DNA of 64,000 bases, from positions 599,465 to 663,464 of the forward strand of contig KV454015.1 in NCBI GenBank assembly GCA_001661245.1. Direction: 5' to 3'. The notes under the pieces are model-generated. The model had not been told where the DNA came from and did not search any database. It was given only the letters and a program-made list of their open reading frames with translations. This document shows, piece by piece, positions 44,001 through 54,483 of the stretch; position 1 is the stretch's first letter; the number at the start of each line of letters is the position of its first letter. The stretch comes from Pachysolen tannophilus NRRL Y-2460 (taxonomy: Eukaryota). The position numbers and the translations under genes were made by a program.

Positions 44001-45645
44001 TGGTAAAATCGGTAGAGGTTTGAATGTTGAACAGAGAAAGAAATTATCCATTGGTGTAGAATTGGTTGCTAAGCCATCTTTGTTATTATTCTTGGATGAA
44101 CCAACTTCCGGTTTGGATTCTCAATCTGCTTGGTCTATCGTACAATTCTTAAGAGCATTGGCTGATTCTGGTCAAGCTATTTTGTGTACTATTCACCAGC
44201 CTTCTGCAACATTATTCGAAGTTTTCGATCGTTTATTGTTATTGAAGAAAGGTGGTAAGACTGTTTACTTTGGTGATATTGGTCCAAATTCATCCACTAT
44301 GTTGTCATATTTTGAAAGACAAAGTGGTATAAAGTGTAATGCTAGTGAAAATCCAGCTGAGTATATTTTGAATTGTATTGGTGCAGGTGCAACTGCTAGT
44401 GCTGATGCCGACTGGCATGATTTATGGATATCTTCTCCAGAATTTGCTGCCGTTACTGCTGATATTGAATTATTACATCGTGAGTTGCCAAAGAGACCTA
44501 TCCCTGAAACCGCTGATACTTTAAAATCGAAATTTGCTACTACTTATGATCGTCAATTCTGGACTGTCTTGAAGAGAACTTACATTCAATTCTGGAGATC
44601 TCCTATTTATATCAGAGCCAAGTTTTTGGAATGTGTCTTTTGTGCTTTATTCGTCGGTTTTTCGTTCGTCGGTGTTAATCACTCTGTTTCTGGTGCTAGT
44701 GAAGCTTTCTCCTCTATCTTTATGGTTTTATTGATTAGTTTAGCCATGATTAATCAATTACACGTGTTTGCTTATGATACCAGAGAATTGTTTGAAGTTA
44801 GAGAAGCTGCTTCTAATACCTTCCACTGGAGTTGTTTATTACTTTCGCATACCTTGTTAGAAATTTACTGGTCGACGATTTGTGAGTTCTTATGCTATGT
44901 CTGTTACTATTTCCCAGCTCAATTTTCTGGAACTCCTCATCATGCCGGTTACTTCTTCTTTGTTTACGTCGTTATTTTCCCAATGTACTTCTGTACTTAT
45001 GGTTTATGGGTCCTTTATTTCTCTCCTGATGTTCCATCAGCTTCAATGATTAACTCAAATCTTTTTGCTTCCATGTTGTTATTCTGTGGTATATTGCAAC
45101 CAAGAAAGTATATGCCAGGTTTCTGGAGAAGATTTATGTACAATGTTTCAGCTTTTACATATGTCGTTCAAGCATTAGTTGCTCCATTAGTTCATAACAG
45201 AACTATTAAATGTACCAGTGATGAATATAACATTATGGATCCTCCAGATGGACAAACTTGTGGTGATTTCTTACTGACTTATATTGACAATAACGGTGGT
45301 TATATAGAAAATGAAGATGCTACTTCATCTTGTGAATATTGTCCATACACTTATCAAACTCAAGTTGTTGAACAATATAACGTCAAGTGGGAATACAGGT
45401 GGAGAAATGTTGGTATCTTGTATGCTTACATTGTCTTCAACGTCTTTGCGATGTTGTCTTGTTATTACATAATGAGAGTTAAGGTTTGGTCTTTCAAATC
45501 TTTGTTGAATTTCAAGAAATGGTTCTCTGGTGGACATAAAGAGAGACATGAACCAGAAACCAATATTTTTGCACCAAAAGCAGGTGATGAAAATATCGGT
45601 GTTCAAGCTGAGCAAATGTCAGAAGACGAAAAAAAAAGCAGTTAA
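41071..45645 (+). CDS. PDR12: PDR-family ABC transporter, weak-acid efflux pump
   Basis: NBD-TMD-NBD-TMD layout with GRPGAGCST, VSGGERKRVS, GESGAGKTT and LNVEQRKKLSIGVEL. Pdr12-type segments include RIESLARV and RDLWCTVFGLRHTYATKVGNDFVRG. Confidence 0.92.
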   Translation: MADHNKDSDLESLDSGAENIQPYDPNAVTNEKIGKHSTKSSFQSKRSTADVEGQDGDMLSNHISNILSSPDGVQRIESLARVLSRKTKTEMQNFEVNADNFDLELLLNYLHDKSLEQGIVSNEAGVAFHNLTATGIDASAAYGPSCEEMLRDAFKWPAKWFKKDTTPIRKIIQNFTGVIEAGEMCLVIGRPGAGCSTLLKCLSGETSEMKGVEGSILYDGLSSEEMMKHFKGYVVYNPELDFHFPLITVKQTIDFALKTKTPRKRIDGISRSQYVDTMRDLWCTVFGLRHTYATKVGNDFVRGVSGGERKRVSLVEALCCNGAIYSWDNATRGLDASTALEFAQAIRTATNMLNNSALVAIYQAGENIFELFDKVIVLYLGRQVYFGRAKDAKAYFQKMGWFCPLRMTTPEFLTSITDPNGRTPIEGMEDKVPNTAEEFENYWLNSPEYRECLAEYERYSSLHPEDETRQRLELATKQRKQVLQRKQSQFVVNYFSQLLYLIQRGFQRTLGDLTYTCIYLSSFLTKGLVVGSMFYKIPETTDGAYSRGGILFYCLLFCALTSLAEIAHSFANRPILVKQKSYSMYHISGEALQEIISELPVKFIAVVVLALTSYWMPHLKHEAGAFFSFFIFLLVVQQCMSFIFKLVATVTKDGGTAHALGGLWVLMLCVYTGFILPLPKMHHWIKWINWLNPMRYCYESLVATEFHGRMMECAALVPSGLGYENVSLSNQICNLYGAVAGESQVSGDKYITAKFHFHFSHTWRNFGINIAWTAGFIMLNVILSEFIKNVEGGGDMLLYKRGHLPEAGLEVADAKVATRDEMMEALNGPGVDLEKVIAEKDVFSWQKLEYVIPYDGATRMLLDNIQGYVKPGTMTALMGESGAGKTTLLNVLAQRVNFGVITGDMFVNGRPIDSSFKRRTGYVQQQDLHLAEYSVRESLRFAADLRQPKNVPQSEKYEYVEKIINLLGMQNYAEAIIGKIGRGLNVEQRKKLSIGVELVAKPSLLLFLDEPTSGLDSQSAWSIVQFLRALADSGQAILCTIHQPSATLFEVFDRLLLLKKGGKTVYFGDIGPNSSTMLSYFERQSGIKCNASENPAEYILNCIGAGATASADADWHDLWISSPEFAAVTADIELLHRELPKRPIPETADTLKSKFATTYDRQFWTVLKRTYIQFWRSPIYIRAKFLECVFCALFVGFSFVGVNHSVSGASEAFSSIFMVLLISLAMINQLHVFAYDTRELFEVREAASNTFHWSCLLLSHTLLEIYWSTICEFLCYVCYYFPAQFSGTPHHAGYFFFVYVVIFPMYFCTYGLWVLYFSPDVPSASMINSNLFASMLLFCGILQPRKYMPGFWRRFMYNVSAFTYVVQALVAPLVHNRTIKCTSDEYNIMDPPDGQTCGDFLLTYIDNNGGYIENEDATSSCEYCPYTYQTQVVEQYNVKWEYRWRNVGILYAYIVFNVFAMLSCYYIMRVKVWSFKSLLNFKKWFSGGHKERHEPETNIFAPKAGDENIGVQAEQMSEDEKKSS

Positions 45646-46258
45646 GCTTTTCTAAATAGATTATTACTACTATTTATATTATTTGTTAACTAATTGATAG
45701 ATATTTGAAATTATCTTTTTTTCATTAGTTTGTGGTTTTATTTTTTTTAAAATTTTTTTTTTTTTTTTTTTTTTTCATATTTGGAGGTTGAATCCTTCTG
45801 ATTTAATATTATTGGTTCTTTGGTTTATACATGAATTAACATTTATTATATAATATTCATTATTTTAAGTAACTGTTTTATTTTAAACTAATTACTTTGT
45901 AAGAAATATTCGTTATTCCAGAAACTATCTAGTATAATTTATAAGCCATTCTCTTGCGGGAAAGTCCAGAAAGTCCAATACTACGCCTCTAGCAGTGAAT
46001 TCAAGTCAATCTAGTAAAAATACTTGTAGTGGTGAAATAAGTCTTTAAAAAAAAAAATGGGAAAATGATCAACAATTAATGTAGAGCATTAAGAATAATT
46101 ATAAAAAAAAAAAAAAAAAAATTAAAAAAAACACATTCTTCCTCATGAATATATAAACTCGTGATGATACTAATAACAATTATAACAATAGTAATGGTTT
46201 TACTATTGGTTTTACAAATTAATTCCAATAACAACCTCTTATTTTTTAAAATGTTTTT

Positions 46259-46580
46259 NNNNNNNNNNNNNNNNNNNNNNNNNNNNNNNNNNNNNNNNNN
46301 NNNNNNNNNNNNNNNNNNNNNNNNNNNNNNNNNNNNNNNNNNNNNNNNNNNNNNNNNNNNNNNNNNNNNNNNNNNNNNNNNNNNNNNNNNNNNNNNNNNN
46401 NNNNNNNNNNNNNNNNNNNNNNNNNNNNNNNNNNNNNNNNNNNNNNNNNNNNNNNNNNNNNNNNNNNNNNNNNNNNNNNNNNNNNNNNNNNNNNNNNNNN
46501 NNNNNNNNNNNNNNNNNNNNNNNNNNNNNNNNNNNNNNNNNNNNNNNNNNNNNNNNNNNNNNNNNNNNNNNNNNNNNNNN
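46259..46580. other. Assembly gap (N run)
   Basis: Run of N. Confidence 1.
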
Positions 46581-46630
46581 AAATTTTTTTTTTTTTTTTT
46601 TTTTTTTTTATTTTCTAGTAATTTAGTTTC

Positions 46631-47288
46631 TTAAAGAATTTGTCTAACAACAGCTTCACTTGGCAATTGGTCTGTATTTAGACCTCCAACAACATTTGAG
46701 TTGGCAAAATCTTGGTTGAATACCGCGGCGATTCCGTAGAAAATAAACGCAATTGCTAAGGTGATTGCAGGAACGAGTAATGACGTTACTGCCGCAGTCA
46801 AAGATAAAAATTGAATTAAAGACATTCTAGAAACAATGTTAGTTAACTAAAAGTTTTCTTCACTAAAAGTAGACGTAATACTTACAAACCATAAAATATT
46901 GTTCTTGGCCAATTCTTGTTAAAACCTTTAATAAAATTTATAAAATTATCTGAAAGTGGGCAAATCTTAAGTAAAAATGGTAATTCAACAAAGATCAATA
47001 TAAGTCCTTGAACAATTGCAAATACAGAAAATAGTATAACCCATGAGAAATGGAAAATATTGACAATACCAAAAATCAAGCATATGAAAATTGAAACAAT
47101 ACCAGTCCTATTTAATTGATTAAGTTAATATCATACTTTGTCACCTTTCAATAATAATAAAAAAAAAAAAACAAACAAATCCAATTAATAAATCGTAAAA
47201 AAACGTACCATTGACCGTAAATACTAAAATTTCTACTCCTAAAGTCTTCGCCAAAACCACTGACATTAAAGAAATCTTTTAAAGCCAT
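46631..47288 (-). CDS. TVP18: Golgi membrane protein Tvp18, 3 exons: 47288-47209, 47107-46886 and 46826-46631 (165 aa)
   Basis: NFSIYGQW, ELPFLLKICPLSDNF and EAVVRQIL. Intron 47208-47108 is GTACGT/TATTAAC/TAG and intron 46885-46827 is GTAAGT/AACTAAC/TAG. Exons sum to 80+222+196 = 498 nt, in frame. Confidence 0.92.
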
Positions 47289-47526
47289 TCTCAAAGATAT
47301 CTGTCTGCAATCAATTAGATATTAATATAATTTGTTTATTGTATCTTTTCGTTCAGCCTTTATTTTGAAAACAGTTTTTTATTTTTTTTTTAATAAAAAA
47401 AAAACCATCAAAATTTTTAGTAGTAGTAGAAAGATACTAATACTAATCAGAAATATAAGATAAGTACAAAGTGAGTGAAGACATATATATCGGGAGTAGG
47501 TCTGATTAAGATATGGTTTCATTGAA

Positions 47527-49578
47527 ATGATGAGCAACGTGAATTCTGATGTATTTGATAAGCATGGGCCAATAAATGCTGTTACAAGGCCTTTGCGACC
47601 AGAAGTTGATAGTCGTTCAGGTGGTAAAATTGAAGTACCAATAAAAGCTGGAAATGATGAGGATGAGGATCAAATTAGTGATGCTGAGGATAGTGATGAT
47701 CTGTTGATCGAGGAGTTGGATAAGATAGGAAGATCGATTAATTTTTCGTTGCCAAATTTGCCTCCTTTCCCAAATTTTAAACTTTTCAATAAGGCTAATG
47801 TGGAACAAACAAATACAAATGGTACACCCGATGATTCATTTGACCAACAATTGTCACAAATTTTCAACGATAGAAGAGAACAACTTACAAATTTTATATA
47901 TGATTTGACTTCTGGGTTTTCCATACAGGCTGCGATGGATAGACTTCAACCATTTAGAGATGTTATTAATGAATCTGTTGAGTTACCAGTGGACGATTTT
48001 GAAGAAGAATATAGTAAGAAAGAAGAGACTGAACCTCATGGAGTGGTTCCTGTTATACAAAAACAACACCCGATTATTGATCAATTTGTTTTACCCCAGG
48101 ATCCAGGGAAGGGGAAAACTAGGAAATTAAAACATGCAAAAAGTTTCCGTGATTATGAATATTTGACTAATTTGAAAAGTGAAGAATTTTTTGATAAAAA
48201 ATTGTTAAGGTCTAGAATTACAAAAATCATATCTATAAAAGATATTTCAGAACCTGGTAGAAACAAGTTGGTTCAACAGTTGATGATGAGAAGTTATTAT
48301 GAAAAGTTGAAAAAAAATAAACCTAATTCGGAAGAGTTAAGAAATTTTGAAAGGAATATGAAAATTAATGATGATTCATGGATAAACCAGGATTCAAACG
48401 AAAATATTGCTGAAGATGGAGAAGAAGAAAATGAAGAAAACGAAGAAGAAGATGAAGAAGAAGAAGAAGATGATGATGACGAAGTAATATTAACCGCCAA
48501 TGATACGAAACCGTCTTATTACTCGGAAGAAGAAAATATATTAGGCTGTCAACATTATCAGCGTAATTGTAAAATCGAGTGTCCTATATGTGCAAAATGG
48601 TTTCCATGCAGATTTTGTCATGATCTGGTCATAACTTCCCATCAACTACCAAGAAACCAGATTAAACATGTACTTTGCATGTTTTGTTTCACTCCTCAAA
48701 ATCCTTCTCAAGTTTGTTGCAACGAGTCATGTCAAGAAAATTTAAGTCAATATTATTGTGATAAATGTAAATTGTTCGATAATGATCCTAACAAGGACAT
48801 TTATCATTGCGATGACTGTGGAATTTGTAGATTGGGATTAGGGCTAAATGAAGATTTTTTCCATTGTCACGGTTGTAATGCATGTATATCAATTGATTTA
48901 CTTGATGATCACAAGTGTATCGAAAATTCTACTCGCAGCAACTGCTCCATATGTGAAGAATATATGTTTAACTCAATTAAAACTGTTGTCTTCATGTCCT
49001 GTGGCCATCCAATTCATCAATCATGTTATGATGAGTTTACAAAACATTCTTATAAATGTCCAATTTGCTCAAAGACAATCACTAATATGGAAGCACAATT
49101 CAGGGTTTTGGATCAAGAAATCTCTTTTCAACCCTTACCTGAACCTTATGGATCTTGGAGAGTTATAATACAATGCAATGATTGCAATGCTAAAAACATT
49201 GTTAAATATCATGTTTTGGGATTGAAATGCGAAAATTGTAAAAGTTATAACACTGCACAGTTAAAATTATTGAAAGAACCAAAAGAAGATTTTGATTTAG
49301 CTGAAAGTGATGAACAATGTTCTGAAACTGCTACTTTGAACCCTGAAAATAACCCGTTATCTGGAGAAAATAATTCTTCTTGTCCGCAACTGCAAGAAGT
49401 CGAAGATGATGATGAAACGTTAGGAAATCTTATAAATAATGATACATTAAATACTTTTGAGCAGTACAGAGATTGGTTTTTTGCCACAATGGAAACTTAT
49501 CGTAATCAAAATGATACTAATACTTCTTCGACTCCTGCTGTTGGTTCTAGTATTCAGGAAAGAAAAGAAAAGAAGTAG
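47527..49578 (+). CDS. Pirh2/RCHY1-like CHY-CTCHY-RING-zinc-ribbon E3 ubiquitin ligase
   Basis: GCQHYQRNCK..CP.C...FPCRFCHD, YHCDDCGICR.G, CSICEEYMF...CGHPIH..C...YKCPICSK and CNDC...YHVLGLKC..CKSYNT. Confidence 0.92.
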   Translation: MMSNVNSDVFDKHGPINAVTRPLRPEVDSRSGGKIEVPIKAGNDEDEDQISDAEDSDDLLIEELDKIGRSINFSLPNLPPFPNFKLFNKANVEQTNTNGTPDDSFDQQLSQIFNDRREQLTNFIYDLTSGFSIQAAMDRLQPFRDVINESVELPVDDFEEEYSKKEETEPHGVVPVIQKQHPIIDQFVLPQDPGKGKTRKLKHAKSFRDYEYLTNLKSEEFFDKKLLRSRITKIISIKDISEPGRNKLVQQLMMRSYYEKLKKNKPNSEELRNFERNMKINDDSWINQDSNENIAEDGEEENEENEEEDEEEEEDDDDEVILTANDTKPSYYSEEENILGCQHYQRNCKIECPICAKWFPCRFCHDLVITSHQLPRNQIKHVLCMFCFTPQNPSQVCCNESCQENLSQYYCDKCKLFDNDPNKDIYHCDDCGICRLGLGLNEDFFHCHGCNACISIDLLDDHKCIENSTRSNCSICEEYMFNSIKTVVFMSCGHPIHQSCYDEFTKHSYKCPICSKTITNMEAQFRVLDQEISFQPLPEPYGSWRVIIQCNDCNAKNIVKYHVLGLKCENCKSYNTAQLKLLKEPKEDFDLAESDEQCSETATLNPENNPLSGENNSSCPQLQEVEDDDETLGNLINNDTLNTFEQYRDWFFATMETYRNQNDTNTSSTPAVGSSIQERKEKK

Positions 49579-49903
49579 ATTAAAATCAAGGTCTAAAATA
49601 GGATGCATATACTTGGGGGGTGTAATTTATTATTGTTAGTTTTTTTTTCCTTGGTTGTTGATATATATGGAACTTCACAAGGTGTTTAAATATTTGATTT
49701 AATTAATACAACTAGGTTTTTTATTATTTAACAAGTTCTTGCATAGTATAAGATAACATTCTTCGATAACACTCTATTGTATTCCTCTATCTACTTATAT
49801 TAATAAAATATTTACAATACTATTCCAAACTAACCTCAAATAAAAAAAAAAAATAAAAATATAGACAGAAAATTTAAAAAAAGAATTCCAGCTTAAAAAA
49901 CCA

Positions 49904-52249
49904 TCAAGCTTCTCTCTTCAAAGTGTTTCCTCTAATCGGTATATTCAAAATGCCGGTACTATTATTGTTACTACTATTTTTACTAGCATAGTTGCCTATT
50001 TCAATATTATGCAGCTTCTCATTCTTACCATCAGGAGCCGCATTCCCTTCATTATTACTGCTATTGTACTCCCCGATTTTGAATTTTTTAAATGTTTTCG
50101 CAAGTGATGAACCGGTAGAAGACATCAAACTAGCCAAATCAGTTCCCGGCAGACTCAAACCTTGTTCTGAATGGTTATTTCTATTAGGCGAATGAGCTAC
50201 TGTACCACCGTATTGAGTGATGCCTGCATCAAGAATTTCACCTCCGCTATCATCACTTTCATTATCAGCATTGCTGATATTATTGGTTTTTATCGTTGAC
50301 ATTGATGATGGCGGAATAGTGAATTGGTCATCTCTGGATACAGAAAAGTCATCTGGATTGTTATCACTGTTAAATGATTCTTTAAATGTGTTTTCATCGT
50401 CAAAAGGAATATCTTCCAAAGACGTTCTCATTCCTAATATTGAACCTGACTTCATTTTCCTTACTCTTGGGGGTTGGGATTTGATTCCCATACTGCTATT
50501 ATTCTTCAGAGAATCATCTGAAGCCTGAATATCACGAGATCCACCAATACTTGAGTTAGTTTTTAAGCCAAATGTTCTCAGTGATATATGTGAATTATGA
50601 GCAGATGAAGATGAAGAGCCAGACCTTTCTAATGAATTTTTCACTTTGAACATCTTTGGGAACGTAGGTAAAGAACTTTTTCGATCATGGGCTGAGCTAT
50701 TATTATTTTGAATGATCATTGAGTCATCATCAGCATGACTTGAATTTGCTTCAATATTAGGCGTTCCATTAGTGGGTAATTTCGACAAAATTTTTTTATA
50801 TGATACATTTGCAGTTGGTGTCGATGGCAGAGAAACGATAGATGAAAATTGATCAATAATTGCATCGGACAGTGGAGAACGTAAACTTTTACTACTGCTT
50901 AATGATGATCGATGAGATGATATCATAGAATAAGTATTGGATCTTGACCTATCATCACGAATTGTAGTACTTCTATCACTGTCAATAGAAAAGCTATTAT
51001 TTTGATTGGGAAAAACTGCTTGAGAATTAAATATAAACGGTGTTATTGGGCTATGGGTCACTTTACTACCTGAAGAATTCAAACTAGCACTGCTATCATT
51101 TTTAAAATTGGACAGGACCGCTGGAGAATTAGCAGCCGATGATGAATATCTCCTTGAAGTTGTCACCGATGGCAATGGGGGTAGCGAATTACTATGAAGT
51201 CGAGAGACAACACCACCATTGTTATTTGTAGTACTAGTAGTATTACCGCCATTAGTATTGTTGGTATGAAAATTATTTTGATTTGTAGCGATATTATTGC
51301 CATTATTACCATTATTGATATAGTTGAAGCCAGAAGATGTAGCGGTTGTTGGAGAAGAAAACTTAGTTATAGATGATGCGGTTGGTGTTGTTAATAACGG
51401 ATTCGCCAATACAGGTGTCATTGGATTATTAAACGATTGCAGATAATTTGCAGTACTATAAAACGTTGGATCAGGTGAGTTTAAACTTCTCACAGAACTG
51501 CTATCAACAAAATTTGCCTTTACTTGTACATAATATTTTTCTGTTTCAAATGAATTACTCAAGTCTATTGGAAGCCAACCATTCTTATTTTTGATATCGT
51601 CTTTCACATTATGATAAATCAAAGTTTTAATACATTTTAAATTCCCATTTTGTAATACTAAATGTAGCGGTGTATTCCCCTCATCATCAACACAATTGCA
51701 ATCGGCTCCCAAGTCCAATAAAAGTTGCAAGCATCCATTGAAACCTAACTTTGCCGCCAAACTTAACGGTGTTTGATTATGTTCGCCCTTAAAATTGATT
51801 AAATTTGGATATTGTTGTAACAACAAGTGTAGAGTTTGCTCATGGTCATTTAAAACTGCTAAATGAAGATATGTGTTATGCTTAAAAGTTAATTTAACCT
51901 CTCTGGTATCCAGTGCTGTATGTGTATCGCCTGAATTATAATCATCTTCATCTTCATCCGAATCTTCCTGATTCTTATTAGGCTCGGTACTTTTATAGTA
52001 CAAATTTGAATGCTGATGATGATGATGATGATGATGATGTGAATAATGAAACTCTTGGTTATTAATAAGCTTGATCAATTTACTCACTATAAGATAATGC
52101 CCATAATAAGATGCGTAATGTAAATTATTCCATCCATTTGACGGATCAATATTATCTATTAAGTCCGGAAACCTTCTCAATAATCTTGTAGTTATAGATA
52201 GATTGCCTTCAATAATAGCTTTCCGTAGTCGCTCAGAAGGTTCTAACAT
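49904..52249 (-). CDS. AVO2: TORC2 subunit Avo2 (ankyrin repeats)
   Basis: MLEPSERLRKAIIEGNL...RLLRRFPDL..NID..NGW..LHYASY.G matches the Avo2 N-terminus. Ankyrin repeats are followed by an S/N-rich tail. Confidence 0.9.
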   Translation of the reverse strand: MLEPSERLRKAIIEGNLSITTRLLRRFPDLIDNIDPSNGWNNLHYASYYGHYLIVSKLIKLINNQEFHYSHHHHHHHHQHSNLYYKSTEPNKNQEDSDEDEDDYNSGDTHTALDTREVKLTFKHNTYLHLAVLNDHEQTLHLLLQQYPNLINFKGEHNQTPLSLAAKLGFNGCLQLLLDLGADCNCVDDEGNTPLHLVLQNGNLKCIKTLIYHNVKDDIKNKNGWLPIDLSNSFETEKYYVQVKANFVDSSSVRSLNSPDPTFYSTANYLQSFNNPMTPVLANPLLTTPTASSITKFSSPTTATSSGFNYINNGNNGNNIATNQNNFHTNNTNGGNTTSTTNNNGGVVSRLHSNSLPPLPSVTTSRRYSSSAANSPAVLSNFKNDSSASLNSSGSKVTHSPITPFIFNSQAVFPNQNNSFSIDSDRSTTIRDDRSRSNTYSMISSHRSSLSSSKSLRSPLSDAIIDQFSSIVSLPSTPTANVSYKKILSKLPTNGTPNIEANSSHADDDSMIIQNNNSSAHDRKSSLPTFPKMFKVKNSLERSGSSSSSAHNSHISLRTFGLKTNSSIGGSRDIQASDDSLKNNSSMGIKSQPPRVRKMKSGSILGMRTSLEDIPFDDENTFKESFNSDNNPDDFSVSRDDQFTIPPSSMSTIKTNNISNADNESDDSGGEILDAGITQYGGTVAHSPNRNNHSEQGLSLPGTDLASLMSSTGSSLAKTFKKFKIGEYNSSNNEGNAAPDGKNEKLHNIEIGNYASKNSSNNNSTGILNIPIRGNTLKREA

Positions 52250-52550
52250 TATTCCGATACCGACTTCTTGAAAGAATAATGATTCTATTATTAATTATTG
52301 TAAAAGAAAAAACAGCTTCTTGAAATATAAATTTATATATATGATATGATGATTCGGACTACTCATCGGAACATATAAAAATAGTGGGTCTTAAAATTAA
52401 TTTTTATATATTTATATACAATCTATTTTAAAGCTATAGAAGCTTTTGATATTCAATAAGAATTGATAGGAAAAGGGTTTAGACCAATATCTAGATAGAT
52501 ATGAATTATTTAATAAGATATAAGTTTGTTTGTAATTGTAAATTAAATAA

Positions 52551-52582
<32 letters not shown>

Positions 52583-52661
52583 GGTATTACTATCTTAAAA
52601 TGACTCCATTCCTCCCCAAATCTATTAAAACACAATTTTTTTTCTTTTTTGCTTGATCAAT

Positions 52662-54029
52662 CTAATAACCAAGGAACTTGAATAAAGAATCTGCAAAATC
52701 TTCAGGGTTATCCAAGTAAACGTGATGACCTGCTCTACTGATTATTTTAAATTTGGCTAATTTTTTACCTTCCTTTTTATTGATTTCATTAACAATAGCT
52801 TTACCACTTGATTTAGACATCCAATCGTTTTCACCATATAGCCATAAAGTAGGTATTCCATGAAGTTTACCTGGTAACCTATCTATTAGGGGCAATCTAG
52901 CTAAAGCTCCTGGAGCAAGAATTCTTGTTAAAGCATATTCTCCCGAACCTTTTGCGGTAAATGTCTTATACGAATATATATGCATTCTTAAAAGTTCATC
53001 ATAATCGGACAATGTACCAAATCTTCTAAATGACCAACGAGATATAAGCTGAGGTCCTGCAGGACCAAGTAAGCGTAAAAACGTAAAAGGAGAAACATGA
53101 TGTTCCCATGCTTTCATTAAAAACCCTCTTAATCTAGGTGCTCTTGAAGATTGGCCAGCTCTTTCATCAACAATTGAAGAATTATCAGAATCAGAAGAAA
53201 TGCTATGGCGTCCAATGGCTTCAGATTGAGATTCATAGTATTCATTAGCGACTTCAGGACCTGGTTCTAACTGTTGGTCATCGATTTTCTTATTAGAATT
53301 TGTTGTCATAGGTTTAGAAGTTTCAGCTAATGTTTGATCTTCTAACAAAGAATATTCACTTCTCTCTACTCCAACAGGTGAAATTAAAACTAATTTTTCA
53401 ACATGGTCTTTACCGTATTTTAAAGTATAACAACTTGATAAGTAACCACCCAACGAGTGTCCTATAAGTACGAATTTATCAAGATTTCTTGCCTTTCTCC
53501 ATTGTTCTAATGAATCAACGAAAAAATCTTCACTCTTACAAACATCTTCTATAGTCTTACAATCATTTTTTGGAAAGTTTGGCCTTGAAGATAAACCAAA
53601 TCCCAACAAATCTATGGCATGAATCTTAATACCATTAATTTTTGATAAACTATCAAAATTTTTATAAAAAAAACCTAAAGATGCACCATAACCATGAATA
53701 ATTACCAACTCTTTAATTGGAGTTTCTGAATCTAACTTATTCTTATTCTCAATATAAAACTCATGAATGTAGTTATTATCTTTATCATTAAGTTCAACAT
53801 TTAAAGTCTTCGCTTTTCTAGATGAATCTGCCTCTGGATAAAATGGTAATATAGATAAAACATCAGTTTCATATTTATCCAAAGGTTTTGATCCCCACCA
53901 TTCCCTAAAACTTTCTTTAAATGATAACTCAGGATGACCATTAATCAACTTAGGAGAAGCTGATCTAACTGAACTTTCATCACCCATAGCTGGATTATCT
54001 ATAGAATTTTTCACACTAACTGATGACAT
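52662..54029 (-). CDS. CLD1: Alpha/beta hydrolase, cardiolipin deacylase Cld1-like (ABHD4/5 family)
   Basis: IHGYGASLGFF, GHSLGGY nucleophile elbow, SGEY and AGHHVYLDNP (HxxxxD). First ATG is 54029; a possible TTG start lies at 54086. Confidence 0.8.
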   Translation of the reverse strand: MSSVSVKNSIDNPAMGDESSVRSASPKLINGHPELSFKESFREWWGSKPLDKYETDVLSILPFYPEADSSRKAKTLNVELNDKDNNYIHEFYIENKNKLDSETPIKELVIIHGYGASLGFFYKNFDSLSKINGIKIHAIDLLGFGLSSRPNFPKNDCKTIEDVCKSEDFFVDSLEQWRKARNLDKFVLIGHSLGGYLSSCYTLKYGKDHVEKLVLISPVGVERSEYSLLEDQTLAETSKPMTTNSNKKIDDQQLEPGPEVANEYYESQSEAIGRHSISSDSDNSSIVDERAGQSSRAPRLRGFLMKAWEHHVSPFTFLRLLGPAGPQLISRWSFRRFGTLSDYDELLRMHIYSYKTFTAKGSGEYALTRILAPGALARLPLIDRLPGKLHGIPTLWLYGENDWMSKSSGKAIVNEINKKEGKKLAKFKIISRAGHHVYLDNPEDFADSLFKFLGY

Positions 54030-54483
54030 ATTTAACTTGAGCAAACCAAATACTTTTGTTGCTTTCTTTAAATTTGATTTTATCAATTTTAAAAAATTTT
54101 CTCACTTTTCGGCTTCCAAACTTAAAATGAATAACAAGAATAGAAGCCTTCCTTTCAAGATAATGATATTCTTTTTCCAACAACAATTTTCAATTTAAAT
54201 TCAGAAATATCAAAGGTATTTAAATGATTTTTATACAGTATTGGCCTCCCAAAAAATCGCCTTTCTTAAAAGCTGCTTGGAAAACCCTTTAAATCCGCGA
54301 GTTGCAGACAGCAGCGCAGCGCCGCCCACGGTTTAATCTAAATACAACATACAACTAATATTTATAATTTAACGGAAAGTAGAAATAGATATTGTTCATC
54401 TATATATATATGTATATATATTAGAGACTTTTGTGTTATAAATTTCAAGAAAAAAAAGAAAAAAAATATATATATATATATAT

